In this document: piece after piece, positions 47,754-57,243 of the stretch | Position numbering within the stretch: the stretch's first letter is position 1 | Layout: each line of letters opens with the position of its first letter | NCBI RefSeq assembly: GCF_000737315.1 | Contig: NZ_JMCB01000008.1 | Location: 206,001-268,000, forward strand | From: Hyalangium minutum | Lineage (GTDB): Bacteria; Myxococcota; Myxococcia; Myxococcales; Myxococcaceae | Direction of reading: 5' to 3' | DNA length: 62,000 nucleotides | Notes under the pieces: model-generated | Databases searched by the model: none | What the model was told of the DNA's origin: nothing | What the model saw: only the letters and a program-made list of their open reading frames with translations | Program-made: the position numbers and the translations under genes

Positions 47754-50700
47754 ATGGCCCAGCCCCTTTTCGCTACGGTCCCCAACGAGATCGACTTCCC
47801 CGCCGACGAGCGCCGCATCCTCGCCTTCTGGAAGGAACGCCGAATCTTCGAGCAGACGCTCGAGGGCCGGGACGCTGCCCCTCCCTTCATCTTCTACGAG
47901 GGCCCGCCCACCGCCAACGGCCTCCCCCACAACGGTCACGTCCTCACCCGCGTCATCAAGGACCTCTTCCCTCGCTACAAGACCATGCGCGGCTTCCGCG
48001 TCCCCCGCAAAGCCGGCTGGGACACCCACGGCCTCCCCGTCGAGGTGGAAGTCGAGAAGGAGCTCCGCATCCACGGTAAGGCGGAGATTGAGCGCTACGG
48101 CGTCGAGCCCTTCACCCAGCGCTGCATCGAGTCCGTCTTCCGCTACACCAATGAGTGGGAGCGCCTCACCGAGCGCATCGGCTTCTGGGTCGACCTCCCC
48201 GACGCTTACGTCACCTACCACCGCTCCTACGTCGAGAGCGTCTGGTGGGCCCTCGCCGAGCTGTTCCGCAAGGGCCTCCTCTACCAGGGCCACAAAATCG
48301 TCTGGTGGTGGCCCCAGGGCGGAACCGCCCTCAGCTCCGGCGAAGTCGGCATGGGCTATCGCACCGTCGATGACCCCAGCGCCTACGTCGCCTTCCCCCT
48401 GAGAGGCCAGCCCGACACGGCGCTCCTCATCTGGACCACCACCCCCTGGACACTCCCGTCCAACATGTACGCCGCCGTGAACCCCTCGGTGGACTACGTC
48501 ACCGTGGACGCCGGCGACCGCAAGCTCATCATCGCCGCAGCCCTCCGCGAGGAGCTCGCCAAGAAGCTCAAGAAGGACCTGCCCATCCTGGAGACCCAGA
48601 AGGGCAGCGAGCTCGTCGGCCGCCGCTACTTCCCGCCCTATGACGTCTACTTCCAGCGCGCCGGCTCCACCGAGCTGCCCCTGAAGGCCGGAGGCTCGGA
48701 CTCGCCCGCCTGGCGCGTCATCGCCGCCGACTTCGTCACCCTCACCAGCGGCACCGGCATCGTCCACATCGCCCCCGCCTTCGGCGAGGACGACTACAAC
48801 GCCTTCCGCCAGGAGCGCACCCGCTTCACCCAGCCCGACGCCCTCGAGATGTTCTGCGCCATCCGCTCGGATGGCACCTTCTCCGACGACTTCCCCGGCA
48901 TTGCCGGCAAGTTCGTCAAGGACGCCGACAAGGACATCTCCCGCGCCCTCAAGGAGCGCGGCTTGCTGGTGCTCATGGAGCAGTACAAGCACGAGTACCC
49001 GTTCTGCTGGCGCGCCGATGACGACCCGCTCATCCAGTTCGCCCGCCCCGCCTGGTACATCCGCACCACCCAGGTGAAGGACCAGGCCATCGCCAACAAC
49101 CGCGCCGTCAACTGGGTCCCCGAGCACATCAAGGAAGGCCGCTTCGGCGACTTCCTCGCCAACAACGTGGACTGGGCCCTCTCCCGCGAGCGCTACTGGG
49201 GCACCGCGCTCCCCCTGTGGATCCACTCGGAGACGGGCGAGGTGGAGGCCATCCCCTCGCTCCAGGCCCTGCGCGAGAAGCCCGGCAGCAACCTCGCCGC
49301 CGTCGAGGCCGAGCTCAAGGCCTTCCTCGCCCAGAAGCCCGGTGCCACCACCGCCGAGCACCTCATCGTCCACAAGCCGTGGATCGACAAGGTCACCTAC
49401 GAGAAGCCCGGCACCCCCGGCCGCTTCACCCGCGTGCCCGAAGTCATCGACGTGTGGTTCGACTCGGGCTGCATGCCCTTCGCCCAGTGGGGTTTCCCCC
49501 ACGCCCAGGGCTCGCGCGAGAAGTTCACCCAGGCCTTCCCCGCTGACTTCATCTCCGAGGCCATCGACCAGACGCGCGGCTGGTTCTACTCGCTGCTGAT
49601 GATCAGCACGCTCGTCTTCGATGAGGAGACGCAGAAGCGAGAGAACATCCTCCCGTCCCACGGCTGGCCGCACCCGTACAAGAGCTGCATCGTGCTCGGC
49701 CACGTCTCCGACAAGGAGGGCAAGAAGGAGTCCAAGTCCAAGGGCAACTACACCCCGCCCGAGATCATCCTCGATGAAGTCCGCATGGACTTCGCCGTGC
49801 TGGATGACAAGGCCGCCGGCGTCAACGGCGTGGCCGGCGAGGCGCTCATCGCCCGCGAGGACCTCGAGGGCCTCGACATGCAGGAGGGCGTCAAGGTCCA
49901 GGTGTTCCGCCCGGATCAACCCGGCACCGCCCTCACGCTCACGGTGAAGGCCCACAAGAAGCTCAAGCGGCGCGTGCTGCTGCTGGCGAAGAAGGACCTG
50001 GAGGCGCTGAGCGTGGCGCCCTCGGCCAAGGGCGCGGATGTCATGCCCGTGGAGGTGCCCCGCCTGGCTCCCTCCGAGCGCGTGGTGCTCAAGGACCCCG
50101 CCTCCAAGGCCCCCGGCGCGGACGCCTTCCGCTGGTTCTTCTACGCGGCCAGCCCCACCTGGTCCAACACGCGCCACTCGCTGAGCAACGTGCGCCTGTT
50201 GCAGAAGGACTTCCAGGTCAAGCTGCGCAACGTCTACTCGTTCTTCACCATCTACGCGAACATCGACGGGTTCTCGCCCGCCACCGGCAACCCGGACGCC
50301 TCCGAGGCCCCGTGGCTCGCCATCCGCAAGAGCCAGGGCTGGCGCGAGCCCAAGGTCCGCACGGTGTTGGACAAGTGGATCCTCTCCGAAGTGCAGCTCG
50401 CCCTGCGCGACACGGCCCGCCACCTGGACGGCTACCACGTCTATGAGGCGGCCCAGCGGCTGGTGGCGCTCGTGGACGCGCTCTCCAACTGGTACCTGCG
50501 CCGCAGCCGCGACCGCTTCTGGGCTCCCGGCCTGGAGCAGGACAAGCTCGACGCGTACTACACGCTGTACGAGGCGCTCACCGCCATCGCCTCCATGTCC
50601 GCGCCCTTCATCCCCTTCTTCGCCGAGGAGATGTGGCTCAACCTGGTGCGCCGCCCCTGGCCGCACTCCCAGCCGGAGAGCGTCCACCTGGGCCGCTTCC

Positions 50701-51485
50701 CCGACGCCGACGAGCGCCTCATCGACGAGGGGCTCGCCGCGGAGATGGGCGCGGTGCGCGAGCTGGTGTCCCTGGGCCTCAAGGTCCGCACCGACAACCG
50801 CCTCAAGGTCCGCCAGCCCCTGTCCCGCGTGGACGTCATCCTCGCGCGCTCGGAGCTGAAGGAGCGCGTGGCCGTCTACAAGGAACTCATCGCCGACGAG
50901 CTGAACGTCCACGAGGTGCACTTCCTCGAGGCCGGCCAGGAGACGGACGTGGTCCGCTACAAGGTCCGCCCCAACCTGCGCGCGGTGGGCAGCCGGCTCG
51001 GGCCCAAGCTGGCGCCGGTGCGCAAGGCGTTCGACTCGGCGGATGGCCGCATCCTCCAGCGCGAGCTGTCCCTCAAGGGCATGGTCTCCATCACCGTGGA
51101 CGGCGAGCGCATGGCGTTCCCCGCCGAGGAGCTGGAGGTGCTCGTGGAGGCCAACCCCGGCTTCGCCGCCGCAGGCGCGAGCGTGGGCGTGGTGGTGCTC
51201 TACACCGAGCTGACCGAGGCGCTGGTGGACGAGGGCCTCGTGCGCGAGCTGCTCGCCCGCGTGCAGGCGGCGCGCAAGGACATGGCGCTGGGCTATACGG
51301 ACCGCATCCGCCTCTGGGTGGACGGCGACGCGCGGGTGCTCCGGGTGACGCAGGCCTCCAAGGAGTTCATCTCCCGCGAGACGCTCGCCTCCGAGCTGAA
51401 CGTGGGCCCCGAGGGCCTCACCGGCAAGGAGGAGGAGTTCAACCTCAACGGCCTGCCCACGCGCATCCGCGTCGAGCGCGCCTGA
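47754..51485 (+). CDS. ileS: Isoleucine--tRNA ligase (type 2)
   Basis: FYEGPPTANGLPHNGH, GWDTHGLPVE, DWALSRERYWG, EAIDQTRGWFY, KESKS, LSNWYLRRSRDRFW. Confidence 0.97.
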   Translation: MAQPLFATVPNEIDFPADERRILAFWKERRIFEQTLEGRDAAPPFIFYEGPPTANGLPHNGHVLTRVIKDLFPRYKTMRGFRVPRKAGWDTHGLPVEVEVEKELRIHGKAEIERYGVEPFTQRCIESVFRYTNEWERLTERIGFWVDLPDAYVTYHRSYVESVWWALAELFRKGLLYQGHKIVWWWPQGGTALSSGEVGMGYRTVDDPSAYVAFPLRGQPDTALLIWTTTPWTLPSNMYAAVNPSVDYVTVDAGDRKLIIAAALREELAKKLKKDLPILETQKGSELVGRRYFPPYDVYFQRAGSTELPLKAGGSDSPAWRVIAADFVTLTSGTGIVHIAPAFGEDDYNAFRQERTRFTQPDALEMFCAIRSDGTFSDDFPGIAGKFVKDADKDISRALKERGLLVLMEQYKHEYPFCWRADDDPLIQFARPAWYIRTTQVKDQAIANNRAVNWVPEHIKEGRFGDFLANNVDWALSRERYWGTALPLWIHSETGEVEAIPSLQALREKPGSNLAAVEAELKAFLAQKPGATTAEHLIVHKPWIDKVTYEKPGTPGRFTRVPEVIDVWFDSGCMPFAQWGFPHAQGSREKFTQAFPADFISEAIDQTRGWFYSLLMISTLVFDEETQKRENILPSHGWPHPYKSCIVLGHVSDKEGKKESKSKGNYTPPEIILDEVRMDFAVLDDKAAGVNGVAGEALIAREDLEGLDMQEGVKVQVFRPDQPGTALTLTVKAHKKLKRRVLLLAKKDLEALSVAPSAKGADVMPVEVPRLAPSERVVLKDPASKAPGADAFRWFFYAASPTWSNTRHSLSNVRLLQKDFQVKLRNVYSFFTIYANIDGFSPATGNPDASEAPWLAIRKSQGWREPKVRTVLDKWILSEVQLALRDTARHLDGYHVYEAAQRLVALVDALSNWYLRRSRDRFWAPGLEQDKLDAYYTLYEALTAIASMSAPFIPFFAEEMWLNLVRRPWPHSQPESVHLGRFPDADERLIDEGLAAEMGAVRELVSLGLKVRTDNRLKVRQPLSRVDVILARSELKERVAVYKELIADELNVHEVHFLEAGQETDVVRYKVRPNLRAVGSRLGPKLAPVRKAFDSADGRILQRELSLKGMVSITVDGERMAFPAEELEVLVEANPGFAAAGASVGVVVLYTELTEALVDEGLVRELLARVQAARKDMALGYTDRIRLWVDGDARVLRVTQASKEFISRETLASELNVGPEGLTGKEEEFNLNGLPTRIRVERA

Positions 51486-51513
51486 CAGGCAGAGCCAAGG
51501 CCCAGGGGCTCGC

Positions 51514-52872
51514 TCAGGGAGTCGCGAGCCGAGCCCCAGGGCCCTCCAGCGGGAGAATCCAGGGCCGGGGCGAGAGGCTGTACCGGTACGCCGCCAGGTC
51601 CACCGTTGGGTCCACGAGGAGTTGGCGGGGCCGCCCGTTCAATCGGACGGCCACCCAGGCTCGCACTTCCACTCCGGGTTGTCCCTGGCGCGCGTACTCC
51701 TCCGAGACGTGACGCGCGAAGGTGGCCAGCATGTCCGGGTGGGTCACCATCCGGTACGCCTGCTTGTCGGTGAGGTAGCGCAGCGGCTCCACCTCCCAGC
51801 GCTCACCGGAGGCTGGATCCGTGGCCTCGAAGCGCGCGTGGGCCCGCTTCTCCATGATCTTCATGTGCCAGGAGAAGAGGAACCCCTCCTCGTTCCAGAG
51901 CACTGGCCCCGGGTAGAGCCAGTGCCGCAGCGGCACCAGCACCTGCACGGTGAAGTGCACGCACAGCAGCACGGTGAGCCACGCCGCGGGCCGCCGCTCC
52001 AGCGCGGGCGCTGGGCTCTCCGCCGTGGGTGCAGACAGCGTCCCCGTACGAGCCCACGCAAGCGCCCGACGCGGCCAGTCCGGCTCGAAGAACAGGAGCA
52101 GCAGCGAGGCCGCCATCCACGGGAACACGCCGATGTTGAGCAGCAGCCCCGTCATCAAATGGAAGGACAACAGGGCGGCATAAGCCACCGGCCGCGTGCG
52201 CCTCCACAGCATGAATGGAGGGCCTAGCAGCACGACGAGCATGCCTCCCCAGCTCGCCCCGAGCGCCAGGACGGGCAGTGGCACCACGGGTGCCAGCGCA
52301 CGGGCCACCGGAGTGCCATCCAGCCACTGCACCAGGGGCTGGCCGTGGAGCAGCCAATCCGGCTGAAGCTTCGCCATCCCCGAGAAGGCATACGCCACCA
52401 TCAGCTGCGCGCGCAGCGTCCACAGGCACCAGGCGGGCACGGTGTCCCGGCGCAGTTCCGGGCGGCGCCGTGCATCCAGCGACCAGAGCCCCTCCAGCGG
52501 CATCAGCGCCATGAGGAAGGCCAGCAGGCACGCCAGGTAGTAGTGGTTCAGGTAGTGCGTCCGGTCCAGCAGCTGGACGTACGAGAACCCCACGGCCAGC
52601 ACGAGCATGCACGCCCGGTAGAACAGGCCCAGCATGACCCCCACCGCCGCCACCCCCAGCACGGCAAAGAGGGCGTACATCCCCACGGCCGACAGAGGCT
52701 TCACCCACCCGAACCCGGGAAACGTGAAGAAGAAGGAGGGAGCCACGTAGTAGGCGTGGATCCACCCCTTGAGGAAGTAGCGCAGGATCGCGGCGGCCAT
52801 GACCGCGCCGAAGGCGATGCGGAGCACCGCCAACGAGGCCACGTCCACGGGCCGAAGCAGCCACCGGGGCAT
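51514..52872 (-). CDS. HTTM-domain / vitamin K-dependent gamma-carboxylase-like membrane protein
   Basis: LAVLRIAFG, YLNHYYL, GMAKLQPDWL, NIGVFPW, EEGFLFSWHMKI, LVDPTVDLA. Confidence 0.92.
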   Translation of the reverse strand: MPRWLLRPVDVASLAVLRIAFGAVMAAAILRYFLKGWIHAYYVAPSFFFTFPGFGWVKPLSAVGMYALFAVLGVAAVGVMLGLFYRACMLVLAVGFSYVQLLDRTHYLNHYYLACLLAFLMALMPLEGLWSLDARRRPELRRDTVPAWCLWTLRAQLMVAYAFSGMAKLQPDWLLHGQPLVQWLDGTPVARALAPVVPLPVLALGASWGGMLVVLLGPPFMLWRRTRPVAYAALLSFHLMTGLLLNIGVFPWMAASLLLLFFEPDWPRRALAWARTGTLSAPTAESPAPALERRPAAWLTVLLCVHFTVQVLVPLRHWLYPGPVLWNEEGFLFSWHMKIMEKRAHARFEATDPASGERWEVEPLRYLTDKQAYRMVTHPDMLATFARHVSEEYARQGQPGVEVRAWVAVRLNGRPRQLLVDPTVDLAAYRYSLSPRPWILPLEGPGARLATP

Positions 52873-52875
52873 GCG

Positions 52876-53517
52876 TCAGTCGAAGTCCGAGTCCCCGCCA
52901 CTGCCCGTATCGCCCAAGCATCCACCGCCACCCGAGGGATCCGTGCCGCGGTCATTCTCCTCGTCGTGGCGCACCTGGAACTCACACACCAGCGAGGTGC
53001 CGTCCTCGAAGAACAGCTTCAGCGTCGTCGACAGGCGGTTCTCCACGAAGGTGACGACCCGCTCCAGCGTGCCTGTCCGCAGCTTCGGACGAAGGCCCTG
53101 GGTCACCAAGTCCCAGTGCTTGATCTCGGGCGAGGGCGCGGGGATGAACCCTCCCGTACCGCCTGTACCACCATCCGCGCCGCCCGTGCCGCCATCCGTA
53201 CCGCCCGGGGTTCCACCGGGAGCCACCTCGCTCGGCAGGTTCAGCTCCACGCCTCCCGAGAGCACCGAGGAGCGAGCCACCACCGCGCTCATCACCACCT
53301 TCCGCTGGCCAAAGCTGACGGAGAGGATGTCCTCATTGTTGAGGTAGTTGATGGCGTAGAAGCTCTCCGGATCGATCTCATCCGACACCGCCAGGTTGCC
53401 GATGAACCCCTCGCAGCGCCCCGACGACGTGGAGGCGCGAGAGCAGTCACAGCGGCTGGTCATCATGACCAGGGCCATGAGGGAGAGAATCAGGTACGAC
53501 CGCGAGGATTTCTTCAT
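52876..53517 (-). CDS. Hypothetical secreted/lipoprotein with Gly-rich repeat and acidic tail
   Basis: MKK start, hydrophobic segment then CDC; GGT(D/G)GG repeats; ends GDTGSGGDSDFD. Confidence 0.75.
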   Translation of the reverse strand: MKKSSRSYLILSLMALVMMTSRCDCSRASTSSGRCEGFIGNLAVSDEIDPESFYAINYLNNEDILSVSFGQRKVVMSAVVARSSVLSGGVELNLPSEVAPGGTPGGTDGGTGGADGGTGGTGGFIPAPSPEIKHWDLVTQGLRPKLRTGTLERVVTFVENRLSTTLKLFFEDGTSLVCEFQVRHDEENDRGTDPSGGGGCLGDTGSGGDSDFD

Positions 53518-53602
53518 GGTGGGGGGGCCTGGGTGCTCGGGGAGTGGCAACGCCACGAACCGGCAGTATTGGGTGGAAGAGAAGCCGCGGTCCAGAGGAG
53601 GC

Positions 53603-54214
53603 TCAGGCCCCCGAGCGCAACACCTTGAGGGCCTCGCGGAACAGCGCCTGGAAGGCGGCCTCGGGCCCCAGCCGCTCTCCGGCCATCTCCGCGGCCTTCT
53701 CCGCCTGCGGCGCCTTGTAGCCCAGGTTCAGCAGCGCCGAGACCAGGTCCGCCATGGGCCCCGCGGCCGGAGGCGGCGTCACCGCGCCCTTGGCCACGGC
53801 CTCCAGGTGGAGCGTCTTCACCTTCTCCTTGAGCTCCAGCACGAGCCGCTCGGCCGTCTTCTTGCCGATGCCGTGAATCTTGGTGAGCCGCGCCACCTCT
53901 TCCTTGGCGATGGCCACCACCAGCTCCGGCACCTCCATCCCGGACAGCACGGTGAGCGCCAGCCGCGGCCCCACGTGCGACACCGAGGTGAGCAGCAGGA
54001 ACATCTCCTCCTCGCCTCGAGTGAGGAAGCCAAACAGCTCGAAGGCGTCCTCGCGCACCACCGTGCGCACGCGCACCTGGACGGGCTGGCCCTCCGCGGG
54101 CAGCTTCCCCATCGTCAGCGTGGAGAAGAAGACACGGTAGCCCACCCCTCCCACGTCGATGATGGACTCGTCGAGGCCCTTCTCCTGCAGGGTTCCGCGC
54201 AGTGCCGCGATCAT
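53603..54214 (-). CDS. ruvA: Holliday junction DNA-binding protein RuvA
   Basis: MIAALRG, DVGGVGY, VREDAFELFGF, VSHVGPRLAL, GIGKKTAERL, SALLNLGY. Confidence 0.97.
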   Translation of the reverse strand: MIAALRGTLQEKGLDESIIDVGGVGYRVFFSTLTMGKLPAEGQPVQVRVRTVVREDAFELFGFLTRGEEEMFLLLTSVSHVGPRLALTVLSGMEVPELVVAIAKEEVARLTKIHGIGKKTAERLVLELKEKVKTLHLEAVAKGAVTPPPAAGPMADLVSALLNLGYKAPQAEKAAEMAGERLGPEAAFQALFREALKVLRSGA

Positions 54215-54792
54215 CGCGCCTCCGGGCGCCGGTAGGACGGGCTCAGCCGATCCGCGAGGAGCGCCGCCGCGCCCTTGCGGCCCTTGGCGCGAGCCCCGCG
54301 AGAGCTGCCCGCGAGCAGGCCCGCGGCCCGGCCCTGGTTCAAGTGGCACAGCGCCACCGCGAGGGCGTCGCTGGCATCCGCCCGCTCAATCTCGTCGAGC
54401 CTCAGCAGGGAGCAAACCATGCGAGCAATGGCGTCCTTGCCGTCCGCGCCGCCCGCGCCCACCGAGCGCTTCACCTTCGCCGGCGGGTACTCGTACACGG
54501 GCAGCCCCGCCTGGGCCGCCGCCAGCAGCGCCACGCCTCGCGCGTGCCCCAGCACCAGGGCGCTGCGTGCGTTGCGGAAGGTGAAGACACCCTCCACCGC
54601 CACCGCCTCGGGCTTGAGGTGGCGCAGCGCGCCCGTCAGCTCGGCGTGCAGCACCATCAGCCGCTCGTGCAGTGGGGCGTTGGGGTCCACCTTGATGACC
54701 CCATGGGCCACATGGGTGAGCCGGCCCCGCCGCTCCTCCACCACGCCATAGCCCATGAAGCGGCTGCCAGGATCGACCCCTAGGACGCGCAC
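54211..54792 (-). CDS. ruvC: Crossover junction endodeoxyribonuclease RuvC
   Basis: VLGVDPGS..MGYGVV, VAVEGVF, LGHARGV, DASDALAVALCH. Confidence 0.97.
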   Translation of the reverse strand: MRVLGVDPGSRFMGYGVVEERRGRLTHVAHGVIKVDPNAPLHERLMVLHAELTGALRHLKPEAVAVEGVFTFRNARSALVLGHARGVALLAAAQAGLPVYEYPPAKVKRSVGAGGADGKDAIARMVCSLLRLDEIERADASDALAVALCHLNQGRAAGLLAGSSRGARAKGRKGAAALLADRLSPSYRRPEAR

Positions 54793-54812
54793 GTTCCTCT
54801 CCACCACCCCAA

Positions 54813-54829
54813 CGAAACAGGTGTTCAGC
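54813..54829. promoter_or_regulatory. LexA-box-like site between yebC and ruvC
   Basis: CGAAACAGGTGTTCAGC matches CTRHAMRYBYGTTCAGS at 15/17 and overlaps the yebC stop codon. Confidence 0.5.
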
Positions 54830-55574
54830 CTTGTAACGCGTCCATCAACGCCTCGTCGATCTCGAAGTTGGCGTGGACGTTCTGGACGTCGTCGTTGTCC
54901 TCCAGCGCGTCCATCAGCTTGAGCATCTTCTTGGCGTTCTCGCCCTCGAGCTTCACCGTGTTCTGCGGGAAGAAGCTCCACCTCTGCTCGCCCAGCTTGA
55001 GCCCCGCCGACTCCAGGCTGTTGGCCACCGTGTGCAGGTCCACAGGCGCCGTGCGCACCTCGAAGCCGTCCGTTCCCTGGTTGATGACGTCCTCGGCGCC
55101 GGCCTCGATGGCCTTCTCCATCACCTGGTCCTCGGAGGGGCCCGGCTTCACGGCGATGACGCCCTTCTTCTGGAACATCCAGCCGACCGCGCCCTCGGCG
55201 CCGAGGTTGCCTCCACCCTTGTTGAAGAGGATCCGCACGTCTCCCGCGGTGCGGTTGCGGTTGTCCGTGAGGCACTCGACCAGGACAGCCACGCCGCCGG
55301 GGCCATAGCCCTCGTACATCACCTCTTCGTAGCTCTCGCCCTCCAGCTCGCCGGTGCCCTTCTTGATGGCGCGCTCGATGGAGTCCTTGGGCATGTTCGC
55401 CTCGCGCGCCGCGGCGATGGCGACGCGCAGGCGGGCGTTACCGGTGGGATCCCCGCCGCCCAGGCGGGCCGCGACGGTGAGCTCCTTGATGACCTTGCTG
55501 TACAGCTTGCCCTTGGTCGCGCCCATGGCGGCCTTCTGGCGCTTGATCTTGGACCATCGGTTATGACCGGACAT
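54825..55574 (-). CDS. yebC: YebC/PmpR family protein
   Basis: MSGHNRWSKIK, YEGYGPGGVA, TDNRNRT, EDNDDVQNVHAN. Confidence 0.97.
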   Translation of the reverse strand: MSGHNRWSKIKRQKAAMGATKGKLYSKVIKELTVAARLGGGDPTGNARLRVAIAAAREANMPKDSIERAIKKGTGELEGESYEEVMYEGYGPGGVAVLVECLTDNRNRTAGDVRILFNKGGGNLGAEGAVGWMFQKKGVIAVKPGPSEDQVMEKAIEAGAEDVINQGTDGFEVRTAPVDLHTVANSLESAGLKLGEQRWSFFPQNTVKLEGENAKKMLKLMDALEDNDDVQNVHANFEIDEALMDALQG

Positions 55575-55637
55575 GGCGGGGCAACTTCTCCCCTAACCCC
55601 ACCCACCGAGTCAAACCCCGAGTCGAACGGCCAGGGA

Positions 55638-57032
55638 CTACGCCTCGGCTTGGAGGGCGCGGGACTTGCCCTCTTCCCGGCGGCGGGCCGCAGGCTTCGG
55701 GAAGTGCAGGATGACGGGGACGCTCTGCACGGGCTTGGACGCCTCGGCGGCCGCGCTCTCGTCCACGGTCTCCTGGGCCTGAACCGGAGCCGGCTCCGGA
55801 TCCACCGCCGGAGTTGCCTCGGCCACCGGAGCCGCCTCGACCGTCGGAGCCGCCTCGGCCGCCGGAGCCGCCTCCGCCTCGCGCTCCGCCGCCTCTTGAA
55901 CCCGGGCCTCGAGCGCCTCCGCCGCACGCTCCTCGGACTCGTGCGCAGCCACCTCACGCGCGACCCGGGCAGCCTCGGCCTCCGCCGGCTCAAAGAAGCG
56001 CGGCGCATCCAGCGAGCGCTCCCGCTCCTCGACGCGGCTGGCGGGCACCAGCACCCCCAGCACGAACAGGTGCATCGCCGCCTCGAACGCCACCACCTCG
56101 GGCAGCCGGCACTCCAGCAGCACCGCGCGCACCGTGCGCCGCCCATCGAAGAGGCGCACCAGGGCAATCACCTCGTCCGGCAGCTCGGAGAGGTGCTCGG
56201 CCATCCGCGCGAAGTCCACCGTGAGGCGCGCCGCCAGCGGCACCCCCACCTCGCGCAGCCGCTCGAAGCGCTCCAGGGCGGGCAGCACCTCGGCGCGAAG
56301 GAACGCCCGGTCCATCAGCAGCGAGCCCCGGTGCAGCTCGGGGCCAAAATTCACGCCGAACACCCCGCTGCCGAAGGCCAGCAGGCGCCGGAAGCCCAGC
56401 ACGCCCCGCTCGCCCTGGAAGGCCGCGTCCACCACGCGCCCGCCGCGGAAGGCGAAGAACCCGTCCCCGCCGTCCTTGAGCACCACGCGGCCCGAGCGCG
56501 CACCGGCCAGCAGCGCACGCGCAATCTCCGTCAGGGGCAGCCGCGCCGAGTGCGCCTCGTACTCACTCTCCCCCGTGCGCCGGCCCGCCTTGAGCCGCGC
56601 CAGGGCCACCACGTCCTGCACCATCACCGGCTTGGCCAGGTAATCGTCCGCGCCCATGTTCGCGGCCAGCTCCGGGTGGAACGACTCGCGGCGGCTGGCC
56701 AGCAGGAACACCGGCACCTGCGCCGTGCGCAGCTCCGTGCGCACCAGTCCGCAGAGCGTGAAGCCGTCCATGCCCGGCAGCTCCGTCTCGGAGACGATCA
56801 ACCCCGGCAGCACTCCACCCGGCGCCAGCTCCTCGCGGGCGTCCTCCGCCGAGCCCACCAGCGCCACCTCGAAGCCCGCCTCGGACAGGGCCGTCCCCAG
56901 CTCGGAGCGGTACTGCGCCTCCGGCTCCACCAGGAGCACGCGCAAACGCCTCGCTTTCCGGCTGCGAGGACTGAGTCCGCAGGCGGAAGAGGCTGGCTCA
57001 AGAATGGTCGCGCGAGGGGAACGGGCGGCCAT
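55638..57032 (-). CDS. Atypical response regulator with DUF4388 domain
   Basis: REC-like RVLLVEPE...LIVSETELPGMDG...YLAKP; SGRVVL...FFAFRGGRVVDA. Confidence 0.88.
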   Translation of the reverse strand: MAARSPRATILEPASSACGLSPRSRKARRLRVLLVEPEAQYRSELGTALSEAGFEVALVGSAEDAREELAPGGVLPGLIVSETELPGMDGFTLCGLVRTELRTAQVPVFLLASRRESFHPELAANMGADDYLAKPVMVQDVVALARLKAGRRTGESEYEAHSARLPLTEIARALLAGARSGRVVLKDGGDGFFAFRGGRVVDAAFQGERGVLGFRRLLAFGSGVFGVNFGPELHRGSLLMDRAFLRAEVLPALERFERLREVGVPLAARLTVDFARMAEHLSELPDEVIALVRLFDGRRTVRAVLLECRLPEVVAFEAAMHLFVLGVLVPASRVEERERSLDAPRFFEPAEAEAARVAREVAAHESEERAAEALEARVQEAAEREAEAAPAAEAAPTVEAAPVAEATPAVDPEPAPVQAQETVDESAAAEASKPVQSVPVILHFPKPAARRREEGKSRALQAEA

Positions 57033-57139
57033 GGGGGGCTCCAGGAGGCGGGTGAGGAAACGTTCGATTATCGGCTCAAACGGTAATAATCCGGGATAGT
57101 GGAACTGCTTTTCATCATGACGCGATCTCAATCTGTAAG

Positions 57140-57166
57140 AAAGTCCCTGGAGGACTTTTTTATTTT
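57140..57166 (+). terminator. Terminator-like hairpin in a divergent intergenic region
   Basis: AAAGTCC-CTGGA-GGACTTT followed by TTTATTTT. Confidence 0.55.
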
Positions 57167-57243
57167 GGAACTCCAGGCTGTCCGGAATTGAGCGTCAGCG
57201 GAGGAAAGGTCGACGACTCCCGGCAGGCGCGTAAGGTGGGCGC

